DNA from: a virus
Taxonomy: Duplodnaviria; Caudoviricetes
Virus record (IMG/VR): IMGVR_UViG_3300037502_002383
Location: 1 to 59,846 of that record
Strand: one strand, 5' to 3'
Length of the DNA stretch: 59,846 bases
The position numbers and the translations under genes were made by a program. Of this stretch, positions 8,754 through 17,632 are shown one piece after another (the first letter of the stretch is position 1; each line of letters opens with the position of its first letter). The notes under the pieces are model-generated. The model ran no database searches. It saw nothing but the letters and a program-made list of their open reading frames with translations, and had not been told where the DNA came from.

Positions 8754-8962
8754 GCGCGCTGCGTGAAGCTGCTCAGCAGGCGCTGGACGCGCTCGATGAT
8801 GGACTGCCGTTCGCACACCTGGACAACGTCGTGGCGCCGGCGCTGAGGGCGGCGCTGGAGCGCCAGCTCACGATCGAGGAGATCGAAGACGTGTGGGTGC
8901 GGTGCGGCTACACGGGACGCGCTCCGCTTGGTTTCGCACGGGCGCTGGCCCGGATGCTATGA
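8750..8962 (+). CDS. Hypothetical protein
   Basis: 70 aa; shares its first 10 codons with 7864..8145. Confidence 0.7.
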   Translation: MSALREAAQQALDALDDGLPFAHLDNVVAPALRAALERQLTIEEIEDVWVRCGYTGRAPLGFARALARML

Positions 8963-9153
8963 CCGAGCTGCGCCTGGAGCTCAGCCGGGAGGCGCTGGAG
9001 GCCATTGTGCGCGGGGAGGAGTTGGTGCTGGACATCGCGGATGAGAATTTGCGCGTGTTCCTGGCCTGCGATCAGGTGACCTTGGAGCACTTCGCATCCG
9101 CCGTGCAGCGGGCCATGCTGCACCTGCTGCCGGTGGGCGACAGCAAACATTGA
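8959..9153 (+). CDS. Hypothetical protein
   Basis: MTELRLELS..., ATGA-coupled. Confidence 0.6.
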   Translation: MTELRLELSREALEAIVRGEELVLDIADENLRVFLACDQVTLEHFASAVQRAMLHLLPVGDSKH

Positions 9154-9203
9154 TCACCGTGCCGGCCGGTCTGCCGGTGACTTGACCTGAAAGAGGAGAG
9201 GCT

Positions 9204-9410
9204 GTGAGTTTGCAACGGCAAGAGTATTTCGAGGACCTGATCAACGACGCGATGGTCGTGCTGGAGCGGCGCTGGCCCGAGCACGACGTGGCCGATCAGC
9301 CGGAGGTGGTGGCGGCGCTGATCGTCTCAGACGCGCTCAACGGCATGCGCAAGAGCATGCTGGACCTGAGCGAGGCTGTGCGCTCCGTCGGGCGGACCCG
9401 GCTGGGGTGA
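9204..9410 (+). CDS. Hypothetical protein
   Basis: AGGAGAGG RBS, GTG start, overlaps the primase start. Confidence 0.65.
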   Translation: MSLQRQEYFEDLINDAMVVLERRWPEHDVADQPEVVAALIVSDALNGMRKSMLDLSEAVRSVGRTRLG

Positions 9411-11776
9411 CGGTGAGCAGGTTCGGCGTGCTGGGCCCGAAGTTGCACCGGGCCGGCTGGGACGTCATACCGATCCCCGACGGAGAGAAGAGGCCGGCGT
9501 TCAAGCGCTGGCAGCACGGCTTGAGTGCTGAGCAGGTGGACCACTACGCTGCGAACGGCTACGCCCGCGGCTCGGTGGGGCTGCTGGCGCGCGGGTTCCC
9601 CGCGGTGGACGTCGACGTGCTCGACGCCGAGTGCGCCCTGGCGGTGCAGGCGCTGGCGCTTGAGGTGCTGGGCGACGCGCCCGTGCGCGTGGGCAAGCCG
9701 CCGAAGCGGCTGCTGATGTACCGCTGCGACACGGCGTTCGCCAAGGTGAAGGTGAACCTGGCCGGCCCCGGCGAGGCCACTGGCATCGTCGAGGTGCTCA
9801 GCGATGGCCAGCAGTACCTGATCTACGGGCGCCACCCGGAGGGCCACGAGTACGAGTGGGTGCGCGGCGCCGGGCCCGGCGACGACTGCGACGTGTGGCA
9901 GCTTACGGCGATCGACCAAGCCGCGGTGAGCCGCCTCGTGCAGCGCCTGAGCGAGCCTGGCGCGCTGCCGCAGGGCTGGAGCGTGGTGGGCGGCCGGCAG
10001 GGCGGTGGAGCGGGCGGAGCGGGTGGCGGGGCTGCGGCAGAGAGCGGGGAGGGCGGTGACGCCTTCGCCCTGCTGAAGGCGCCGCTTGAGGGCTGGCCGC
10101 TGGAGCGGGTGGTGACGCAGGTCCTGCCCCACCTCGACCCGAACATGCTCAACGACCAGTGGGCTGTGGTGGGGATGGCGCTGCACCACCAGGGTCAGGG
10201 CAGTGAGGAGTGGCTGCAGGCATGGGATGAGTGGTCCCAGCCCGGCCACACCTGGGCGGAGGGCGAGTGCGCCTACCGCTGGGGCTCGTTCAAGGACGCG
10301 CTTGGCCGAGGCGCCGGCGGGGTCACGCTGGCCACCTTGCTGAAGTGGAGCAAGGAGGCCCGGGAGAAGGCCGAGCGCGAGGGCCGCCACGCGCTGCTGC
10401 AGGAGCTGCAGGCGCTGGTGGCCGGCGTGCAGGACGCGCAGGACCTGCCGGAGAAGATCGCCCCACGCATCGCCCAGCAGTCAGCGCTGAACGAACTGGA
10501 GCGCGAGCAGCTCGCGGTGGCGATCCGCCAGCGCACGCAGGAGCTCACCGGGGTGCGCCTGCAGATCAGCGCCGTGCGCAGCTGGCTGCGGCCCAAGACC
10601 AGCTCGGCGTTCGCCCATGTCAACGACGAGGGCCACCCCCTGTGCACGTTGGAGAACATGCGCCAACTGCTGAGCCAGCTGCACTGGCGCGTGCGCTACA
10701 ACGTGATCAAGAAGGCGATCGAGATCCTGATCCCCGGCCAGGGGTTCTCGCGCGACAACCGCGACAACGCCGCGATTGCCTGCGTGCTGTCTGAGTGCGA
10801 GAAGGCACGCATGCCGACGAAGCATGTGGCGCAGTACCTGATCAAGATCGCCGACGAGAACCAGTTCAACCCCGTGGCGGTTTGGGTCGAGTCCAAGCCG
10901 TGGGACGGGGTGTCGCGCCTGGAGGACTTCTACGCCACCGTGCGGTCAACTGAGGCCAGTGAGCGGCTGAAGAAGCGACTGCTGCGCAAGTGGCTGATCC
11001 AGTGCGTGGCCGCGGCGTTCAGCCCCGACGGCATCGCCACCCAGGGCATCCTGACCTTCGTCGGGCCGCAGAACATCGGCAAGACCACTTGGTTCCAGCG
11101 GCTGGCGCCGCCGGAGCTCGATGTGGTGCTGACCGGGCACACGCTGGACACCAAGAGCAAGGACAGCACGTTCATCGCGTTGACGTTTTGGCTGGTGGAG
11201 CTGGGCGAGGTGGACGCGACCATGCGAAAGAGCGACATCTCGGCGTTAAAGAGTTTCATCACGCAACCTCACGACAAGATCCGGCGTCCATACGCAGCGA
11301 CGGAAAGTAGCTTTGGACGCAGGACGGCGTTTGGCGCAACCGTGAACGACGAACAGTATTTGCACGACCCAACCGGCAACCGCAGGTTCTGGACGATTGA
11401 GGTGGAGAGCTTCGACCTGGACCGCACGATTGACATGCAGCAGCTGTGGGCTGAAGTGCTGGGCCTGTACCAGGCCGGGGAGCGGTGGTTCCTGGACCAC
11501 GCGGAGGTGACGGAGCTGAACGCGCACAACGACGACTTCACGGTCCAGGACCCGATCGAGGAGCGCATTGCGGGCGCCTTCGACTGGTCCACAGACGGCC
11601 CCTGGCGGTGGGTGACGGCCACAGAAGTGCTGATGATGTTGGGTGTTTCGGACCCATCGCGCTATCAGGCGATCAGCGCAGGCCGGGCGATCAAGCGGCT
11701 CAACAAAAATCAGCGAAAAAAGAGCAATGGCCGCGTGATTTTTGCGATCCCAGCCGCGGAGGCGTTTTTAGGGTAA
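9407..11776 (+). CDS. Primase-helicase: Prim-Pol N-domain, PriCT-2 and VirE/VapE P-loop ATPase
   Basis: AVDVDV, YGRHP, W..VGMALH...WDEWS, Walker A GPQNIGKTT, RRPY and DPTGNRRFW. Confidence 0.9.
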   Translation: MTVSRFGVLGPKLHRAGWDVIPIPDGEKRPAFKRWQHGLSAEQVDHYAANGYARGSVGLLARGFPAVDVDVLDAECALAVQALALEVLGDAPVRVGKPPKRLLMYRCDTAFAKVKVNLAGPGEATGIVEVLSDGQQYLIYGRHPEGHEYEWVRGAGPGDDCDVWQLTAIDQAAVSRLVQRLSEPGALPQGWSVVGGRQGGGAGGAGGGAAAESGEGGDAFALLKAPLEGWPLERVVTQVLPHLDPNMLNDQWAVVGMALHHQGQGSEEWLQAWDEWSQPGHTWAEGECAYRWGSFKDALGRGAGGVTLATLLKWSKEAREKAEREGRHALLQELQALVAGVQDAQDLPEKIAPRIAQQSALNELEREQLAVAIRQRTQELTGVRLQISAVRSWLRPKTSSAFAHVNDEGHPLCTLENMRQLLSQLHWRVRYNVIKKAIEILIPGQGFSRDNRDNAAIACVLSECEKARMPTKHVAQYLIKIADENQFNPVAVWVESKPWDGVSRLEDFYATVRSTEASERLKKRLLRKWLIQCVAAAFSPDGIATQGILTFVGPQNIGKTTWFQRLAPPELDVVLTGHTLDTKSKDSTFIALTFWLVELGEVDATMRKSDISALKSFITQPHDKIRRPYAATESSFGRRTAFGATVNDEQYLHDPTGNRRFWTIEVESFDLDRTIDMQQLWAEVLGLYQAGERWFLDHAEVTELNAHNDDFTVQDPIEERIAGAFDWSTDGPWRWVTATEVLMMLGVSDPSRYQAISAGRAIKRLNKNQRKKSNGRVIFAIPAAEAFLG

Positions 11777-11986
11777 GAGGGCAAAGGTGAGGGGTCTATT
11801 GCCCTGACCCTTTACCCTGACCTAAGTCCTTGATCTTCAACAAAAAAACACTAAAGGGTAATAGAGGGTAATAGATCTCTAATACAACATTGGGGTAAGT
11901 ATATAGTAAGTAGTGCTTACTATATATGTTCCCTAGAGATATAGTCTTCTAAGTACATTCCCCTCCTATGCCCTTTACCCTGCCCC
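11769..11986. other. Putative replication origin
   Basis: AT-rich island with repeated AGGG(T/C)AA / TT(A/G)CCCT, a perfect 11-bp hairpin TATATAGTAAG-N5-CTTACTATATA (11900-11926) and an IHF-like site at 11823-11835. Confidence 0.65.
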
Positions 11987-12256
11987 ATGCTTGAGCGAGA
12001 AGTTGAGCGTCATTTGGTTGAGCGGGTCCGTGCGGCCGGCGGTCTGGCTTTCAAATGGGTCAGCCCGGCTAACGCAGGAGTGCCTGACCGCGTGTGCTTC
12101 CTGCCCGGCGGGCGGGTGGTGTTCGTGGAGCTCAAGCGCCCGGGTGGGTCGCTGAGGCCGCTGCAGGAGCGGGTGATCGGGATGCTGCGGCGGCTGGGTG
12201 CTGAGGTCCACGTTGTGGACAGCAAGGAAGGTGTGGATGAGGTTCTCGCCGCGTGA
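11987..12256 (+). CDS. VRR-NUC domain nuclease
   Basis: GVPDRVCFLPGGRVVFVELKRPGG..RPLQ. Confidence 0.9.
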   Translation: MLEREVERHLVERVRAAGGLAFKWVSPANAGVPDRVCFLPGGRVVFVELKRPGGSLRPLQERVIGMLRRLGAEVHVVDSKEGVDEVLAA

Positions 12257-13586
12257 GGTGCAGCGCATCGCCATTGAGCGGGTGCTGAGCGCCAAGGAGC
12301 AGCTGATCGCGCTGCGCATGGGTGCGGGCAAGTCAGCGGTGGTGCTCACGGCGCTGCAGGAGCTGCTGCACGACCGGTTCGAGGTGGGGCGATGCCTGAT
12401 CGTGGCGCCCAAGCGGGTGGCCGAGCTCGTGTGGGCGCAGGAGGCCGGCAAGTGGGACCACACCCAGGGCTTGCGGGTTGAGCGCGTGCTGGGCACCCGG
12501 GAGCAGCGCGTGGCCGCGTTGGCCCGGCCAGCGGATGTGCACGTCATCAACGTCGAGAACTTCTGCTGGCTGGCGGAGCTCGTGGAGGAGAGCGGCGAGG
12601 CCTGGCCGTGGGACATGGTGGTGATCGATGAGAACCGCGGCGTCAAGGATCGGGCCAGCAAGACCTGGAAGGCCTTCAAGCGGGTGCGCGATCAGATCCA
12701 ACGGCTGTACCTGCTGACGGGCACACCGACCCCCAACGGTTTGCTGGAGCTGTGGCCGCAGGTGAGCCTGCTGGACCGTGGGCAGCGGCTGGGCCGAAGC
12801 CTGACGGCGTACCGGGACCGATGGTTTCAGCCGGACAAGCGCAACGGCATGGTGGTCTACACCTGGAAGCTGAGGCCGGGCGCAGAGCAGGAGATCCACG
12901 AGGCGGTGTCGGACGTGATGCTGAGCCTGGACAGCGACGCGCGGATGCCGGAGCGGATCGACAACATCGTGCCGGTGGCGTTCGACATGCGGCGCTACCG
13001 GGAGCTGGAGCGCACCTTGGTGAGCGGGGCCGTCACGGCGCCGTCAGCGGGCGTGCTGGCGGGCAAGCTGGCGCAGATGGCTAACGGGGCGGTGTACGAC
13101 GACGTGGGCGGCGTGGAGCACGTCCACGACGCGAAGTTGGAGGCGCTGCGCGAGATCGTCGAGCAGGGCGAGCCGGTGCTGTGCCTGACGACGTTCAGGC
13201 ATGACACAGCGAGAATCCGGCACGCCTTCCCACAGGCCCGGGAATTCGACGGCGAGCGGTCGCTGCGGGATTGGCAGGCGGGCAAGGTGCCGCTGCTGCT
13301 GATGCACCCGGCCAGCGGCGGCCACGGGGTCGACGGGCTGCAGCAGGGCGGGCGCGTGGCGGTGTGGTTCGGTCTGCCGTTCAGCCTGGACCTGTACGAG
13401 CAGGCCAACGCCCGGCTGCACCGGCCAGGCCAGAGCCGCGGGGTGGTGATCCACCACTTGGTGGCGCAGGGCACGATCGATGAGCGGGTGATGGCCGTCC
13501 TGGCGGCCAAGGGCGACGTGCAGCAGGCGCTGCTGGACGCGGTCAAGGGTTTGCAGCAAGGGCAGAACGTGGGGGTTACAGCATGA
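12237..13586 (+). CDS. SNF2-like helicase
   Basis: MGAGKS, VVIDE, LTGTP, QANARLHRPGQ. Confidence 0.9.
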   Translation: MRFSPREVQRIAIERVLSAKEQLIALRMGAGKSAVVLTALQELLHDRFEVGRCLIVAPKRVAELVWAQEAGKWDHTQGLRVERVLGTREQRVAALARPADVHVINVENFCWLAELVEESGEAWPWDMVVIDENRGVKDRASKTWKAFKRVRDQIQRLYLLTGTPTPNGLLELWPQVSLLDRGQRLGRSLTAYRDRWFQPDKRNGMVVYTWKLRPGAEQEIHEAVSDVMLSLDSDARMPERIDNIVPVAFDMRRYRELERTLVSGAVTAPSAGVLAGKLAQMANGAVYDDVGGVEHVHDAKLEALREIVEQGEPVLCLTTFRHDTARIRHAFPQAREFDGERSLRDWQAGKVPLLLMHPASGGHGVDGLQQGGRVAVWFGLPFSLDLYEQANARLHRPGQSRGVVIHHLVAQGTIDERVMAVLAAKGDVQQALLDAVKGLQQGQNVGVTA

Positions 13587-14074
13587 GGCGAGAGCGGATC
13601 GACCAGGCGCAGGGCTCGCGCCACCTGGAGGAGGCACCGATCGAGGAGATCGGCGACGTGGACGTGTTGCGGGCCATGGGTATGGCCGCGCAGCGCCAGC
13701 CGCTGGGGGTGAGCCTGTGGAGGCTGCGCTACAGCCGCGCCAGAAGCGAGCTGGCCACGGTGCTGGAGGGCTTGACCGCGTGGGCGTGCCGTAACGGGAC
13801 GGACCCTGAGCTGGTGCCGCCCGTGCTGGCGCACTGGCTGCAGGACGTGTGCCGGGTCTGCGAGGGCCGGGGGTACGCGGTGGTGGACGGCACGCCGATG
13901 TTGTCAGACACCCCGTGCGGTGCGTGCGGGGGAAGCGGCAGGGCTCCGTTGCCGGTGGCCGGGGCGCAGGCTGCGGCGCTGCTGGAGCATATCGCCAGCC
14001 TGGAGCGGCTGGCGGCGGCGGACATCATGCGGCGCCTCAGCCTGCAGATGGCGGACCTGGACGGCCCGGGCTGA
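13583..14074 (+). CDS. Q-like antiterminator / late regulator with zinc finger
   Basis: CRVCEGRG...CGACGGSG; last gene of the rightward early operon. Confidence 0.6.
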   Translation: MRRERIDQAQGSRHLEEAPIEEIGDVDVLRAMGMAAQRQPLGVSLWRLRYSRARSELATVLEGLTAWACRNGTDPELVPPVLAHWLQDVCRVCEGRGYAVVDGTPMLSDTPCGACGGSGRAPLPVAGAQAAALLEHIASLERLAAADIMRRLSLQMADLDGPG

Positions 14075-14088
14075 ATTGCAGGCTGGGG

Positions 14089-14517
14089 TCAGGCCCGATC
14101 GGGCAGGCGCTGGCCGCAGCAGGGGCAGCGGGCCTTGGTGTCGCGTGCGATGGCCGCGTAGACGGCGCTGGAGCTGATTCCCAGCCTCTCGGCGGCCTGG
14201 ATGGGCCCTACCCCTTGGCTGACCAGTTCCAGCGCCTTCTGCGTGCGGCTGAGGGGCTCGCCGGGGCGGGCCTGGGCGGCGGTAGCGCGTGCGGCGGCCT
14301 CCGGCGTGGGCCTGGGGCGCCTGTAGAGCGCCACAGCACCCGGCGGCAGGGGTACGGGCGTGCGGGGGAACGACAGGCAGCGCAGGGGCCCGTCGGGCTG
14401 CGCACGGGTCGCGACCAGTACTGTCCGGGGGGCGGATGCGACTGTGGCCTCGATGCCGGCGCGCACCTTGTCGGACCAGGGCAGCGCCAAGAAGTCGGCG
14501 AGGGGGGACGGGTTCAC
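14089..14517 (-). CDS. HTH + zinc-ribbon protein
   Basis: GPIQAAERLGISSSAVYAAI followed by CPCCG. Confidence 0.7.
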   Translation of the reverse strand: MNPSPLADFLALPWSDKVRAGIEATVASAPRTVLVATRAQPDGPLRCLSFPRTPVPLPPGAVALYRRPRPTPEAAARATAAQARPGEPLSRTQKALELVSQGVGPIQAAERLGISSSAVYAAIARDTKARCPCCGQRLPDRA

Positions 14518-14738
14518 GGCTGGACCTCCGCGACCGGGGGCCGGTTCTTGGCCGCCCAGCGGCGGTCAGCGGGCACGGCGGGGTAGATCCACAGGGGCCG
14601 GTCACCGGTCAGCACCTGCACCAGGACGTGCGAGACCTGGCCCTGGGCGTCCAGCACCACGCCGGCCGCGTAGGCCTCACCCCGGCGGATGAGGTCCACC
14701 GCCCGGGGGCGTTTTGCGGGGATGGCGGTGGCGGTCAT
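14514..14738 (-). CDS. Hypothetical protein
   Basis: 74 aa, coupled. Confidence 0.6.
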   Translation of the reverse strand: MTATAIPAKRPRAVDLIRRGEAYAAGVVLDAQGQVSHVLVQVLTGDRPLWIYPAVPADRRWAAKNRPPVAEVQP

Positions 14739-14998
14739 GCTGCGGCTCCCGTTGCGCGTGCGATGGCGGCGCGTGCTTGGTTGAGGATCGCGCGGCCCTT
14801 GTCGCTGAACTGCAGCCGATCGGCCAGGGCGTGGCCCTTCACGTCCATGGCCATGAGGGTCTGCAGGGCGGCCAGCAGGTCAGGGGCTGCACTGAGCAAA
14901 CGATGATCAGCGGCGGCCGCCACCGGCCGGGGGCGGTGGGCTTGGCGGGGCTGGCGGGCCAGCGGGGCGCCGTGGTGCATGGGGTTTGAGCGGCTCAT
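14735..14998 (-). CDS. Hypothetical protein (AAPDLLAAL family)
   Basis: RLLSAAPDLLAAL...ARAAIARATG; GGAG RBS. Confidence 0.7.
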   Translation of the reverse strand: MSRSNPMHHGAPLARQPRQAHRPRPVAAAADHRLLSAAPDLLAALQTLMAMDVKGHALADRLQFSDKGRAILNQARAAIARATGAAA

Positions 14999-15012
14999 GA
15001 TGTCTCCAAGGG

Positions 15013-15102
15013 TCAGATGAAAGCGGCCACGAGCAGGGCCAGGGCTAAGCCGTAGGCCACGGCGAAGGCGGCATCACGCCAGGTGAGGGGTTGGCCGTGC
15101 AT
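15013..15102 (-). CDS. Small membrane peptide
   Basis: 29 aa MHGQPLTWRDAAFAVAYGLALALLVAAFI, after the repeated RBS motif. Confidence 0.55.
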   Translation of the reverse strand: MHGQPLTWRDAAFAVAYGLALALLVAAFI

Positions 15103-15105
15103 GGT

Positions 15106-15342
15106 TCAGGCCTCCCCGTTGGGTTCCCACTGCATGCCGCAGGCGAGGTCTGCGGGGTCAGGGTTCGGGTCACCGCAGGGCCCGGACTGCGCAAGGCAGA
15201 GCAGGGTGAACAGCGGATCGGCGGGGTGCGCGCCGTTGTCAGCGATCGTCTGGCGGTCGCGGTTGCCGCAGGCCGGGCAGACGTACGGGCGAGCCCATGA
15301 CGCGGTGTGGCCGATTGGGCGGGTGGTGCGAATGGTCAACAT
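15106..15342 (-). CDS. Small Cys-rich protein
   Basis: CPACG...CL...C...CG, 78 aa. Confidence 0.6.
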   Translation of the reverse strand: MLTIRTTRPIGHTASWARPYVCPACGNRDRQTIADNGAHPADPLFTLLCLAQSGPCGDPNPDPADLACGMQWEPNGEA

Positions 15343-15346
15343 GGTG

Positions 15347-15604
15347 TCAGGCCTGCAGAGCAGCACGCACGCGGGCGGCCAGGTCGGCCAACTGGCACTC
15401 ATAGGCCTGGAAGACGACACCGTTGCTAATGCGCTTGGTGTGGTACTTGCGGCCGCCCACGGTGTTGGCTGCAGCGACCACGCGGGCGTATCGGGTGGAC
15501 AGGGGCAGCGTGTAGTCGCGAGCGGGTTCCAGGTCCAGGAAGTGGCAGGCGAAGCGGGGGTTGCCGTTCACGTCGTTGGCGAGGCGGATCCAGTCGATGG
15601 TCAT
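15347..15604 (-). CDS. Hypothetical phage protein
   Basis: NDVNGNPRF...GGRKYH...GVVFQAY. Confidence 0.75.
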   Translation of the reverse strand: MTIDWIRLANDVNGNPRFACHFLDLEPARDYTLPLSTRYARVVAAANTVGGRKYHTKRISNGVVFQAYECQLADLAARVRAALQA

Positions 15605-15607
15605 GGT

Positions 15608-16009
15608 TCAGGCCTCCATTGCACGGTCATAGGCCTTGAGGTAGCCGAGCATGATGTCCGGCTGGCCGTCGTAGTCGAACGAGGGGTCGAGCTTGAAGTG
15701 CGGCACCACGTCCCCCCAGAACCGGGCGCGGTCACTGGCGCGCACGGGGGCGATGGCACGGGCCCGGCGGGCGGAGGAGGTCTCGACGTCGTCGCGAGAC
15801 CAGGTCTGCCAAGACCAAGTGAAGACGTCGGTGGGCTCGAAGGCGTTGCGGTAGCTGATCAGCTCCTCATCGCCAGACTCGGCGGCCACCCGGCTCAGGG
15901 CTTCCTGTTCCGAGGCGGCCAGCACGAGCTTCATTGCGACGGAGTGCGTGCGGGCGCCGGAGCGCCGGGGCTGGATGACGTTCACGCAGTGGAGGGTCGG
16001 GGTTGTCAT
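15608..16009 (-). CDS. Hypothetical protein
   Basis: 133 aa, AAGGA RBS. Confidence 0.65.
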   Translation of the reverse strand: MTTPTLHCVNVIQPRRSGARTHSVAMKLVLAASEQEALSRVAAESGDEELISYRNAFEPTDVFTWSWQTWSRDDVETSSARRARAIAPVRASDRARFWGDVVPHFKLDPSFDYDGQPDIMLGYLKAYDRAMEA

Positions 16010-16095
16010 GGTCAGGGTCCTTCATGCAGGCAACCGGCCTGCGACGGTGTGTCGACGACACTCCCAGGCCGCCCGTGGGCGGCTAGGGGCTGGCG

Positions 16096-16233
16096 TCAGC
16101 GGGCGCGGTTGAGGTGGGCCAGGGCAGCGGCGCGGGAGTCGAAGCGGCCACCGATCGGGGTCTGGTGGCGGCCGCGGACGATGAACCAGCCGCCGAGCAG
16201 GCGATTGAAGATGACGCGGGTGGATGTGGTCAT
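16096..16233 (-). CDS. Hypothetical small protein
   Basis: 45 aa MTTSTRVIFNRLLGGWFIVRGRHQTPIGGRFDSRAAALAHL..., after the repeated RBS motif. Confidence 0.65.
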   Translation of the reverse strand: MTTSTRVIFNRLLGGWFIVRGRHQTPIGGRFDSRAAALAHLNRAR

Positions 16234-16236
16234 GGT

Positions 16237-16464
16237 TCAGGCCTCCGTGGTGGCGCGGGCCACAACCAAGCGGGCGGTGCCGCCCAAGCGCAGGGTCAGC
16301 AGCAGCACGTCGGCGCCGTGGGTGGTGTTTCGCGCTACGTCAGCCCAGCCCAGCTCTTCCAGCTTGCGGGCCGCCTTTTCTTGCTGAGGGCCGAAGGCGG
16401 CGGCGCAGCCGTAGCGGATCAGGGTGTCCAACAGGTTGATCGCCGTGGTGTTCAGGTTGGTCAT
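16237..16464 (-). CDS. Hypothetical protein, first gene of the leftward cluster
   Basis: MTNLNTTAINLL..., AAGGA RBS. Confidence 0.6.
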   Translation of the reverse strand: MTNLNTTAINLLDTLIRYGCAAAFGPQQEKAARKLEELGWADVARNTTHGADVLLLTLRLGGTARLVVARATTEA

Positions 16465-16511
16465 GTCGTCTGTCCTTGTCTGTAGCGGCATCCGGCCGCT
16501 GCGGTGACGAC

Positions 16512-16540
16512 AGTGTAAGCCGGGCTTACGGCTGTTGGAA
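16512..16540 (-). promoter_or_regulatory. Promoter with embedded palindromic operator
   Basis: Minus strand TTCCAA-N17-TACACT containing the palindrome GTAAGCC-G-GGCTTAC (16515-16529). Confidence 0.5.
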
Positions 16541-16788
16541 TGAAAAATTTTGACGACAGCGCGGCTAAACATTCAAACGAATTGAACGGTCGCTGTCGGC
16601 CGGGCTTATGACCGTGGGTTATGAAGACGCCAGCTCTTATGAGCGCAGCTCATGGGGCACGCGGCTTGCTTGGCAAGTGACAATTTTTGTCACATGTCGA
16701 CAGAATGCGTCGCTTTTCCAGCGCCGATGCGTCCCACTTGACAGCCGGCGAGCCTTGCCGGAAACTCTTCCGGCGCCTAAGTGCGTCC

Positions 16789-16815
16789 AAAAACCCCGCA
16801 GCCAGCGGGGTTTTT
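16789..16815. terminator. Bidirectional intrinsic terminator
   Basis: AAAAACCCCGC-agcca-GCGGGGTTTTT. Confidence 0.7.
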
Positions 16816-17374
16816 CACTTGTGCGCTGCCCCGGCCTGCGGGCCCGATCAGCGCATCACCAGCCCAGCACGTCACCAGCCTGGCAGCCTCCGCGCTGTAC
16901 CAGGTCGGCGGGCCTGGCTGTGCCTGAACTGTAGCCAGCAAGCGCCCGCTCCCTCGGTGGAGGGGTGCTGATTCGTGTCCTGATGCAGGCACCCGAACGG
17001 TGCTGCAGGGCTGGCAGGGCCTGGCGGCAGGGCACGGCGCAGGGCTGGCAGGGGGCTGGCGCGGCCAGGCAGCGCGGCCGGCGCAGGGCGGCAGGGCGGG
17101 GTGGAAAAGAAAACGGACCCCCCTCCCCCGGGGTGTTTTTCTGGGTGGCGATTCCGACCCCCCACACACCCCGCTTTTGAGTTGGGGCCCCCGGGGGTGT
17201 AGGTACCTACCCAATCCACGAGCCGGGCCGTTCAGCCAACACACTTCCTATCTGACTACGCAACTACCTACAAGTTGTATAGGAGGTGTGTAGGTAAACA
17301 CGTTCTTCACATAGAAACGTAACACTCGCTGCAGATATGCGTGTCAGCAGTCTGCGCAATAACGCAAGTACAGC

Positions 17375-17632
17375 ATGCAAAACTACAGCGCCCCTACCCC
17401 GTCACGTAACCCCTCACGCAACGCAGGAGATCCCATGAAAGCAGTCTCTGGTCCTTTCGCACTCAACGGTGGCAAGCAAGTCGGCGGCAACGCCATGCAG
17501 GGCAAAGGTGACTTGCCGGCCAAGGTCAGCGTGCCGATGCCCGGCACCAACTCCACGCAGCCCGAATACAAGGGCGGCATGAAGAGCTCTGTCCCCGGAT
17601 TCGGCGGTGGAGTCATCCCGGGGAAGATCTGA
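17375..17632 (+). CDS. Hypothetical Gly/Pro/Lys-rich protein (start may be 17435)
   Basis: Stop overlaps the terS start; AGGAG before the second ATG. Confidence 0.6.
   Translation: MQNYSAPTPSRNPSRNAGDPMKAVSGPFALNGGKQVGGNAMQGKGDLPAKVSVPMPGTNSTQPEYKGGMKSSVPGFGGGVIPGKI

Noticed and set aside
15083-16387. 434-aa plus-strand ORF
   Set aside because: Antisense to a chain of RBS-supported minus-strand genes.
16687-16971. Possible small Cys-containing gene
   Set aside because: No RBS, spans a terminator hairpin, and lacks support.
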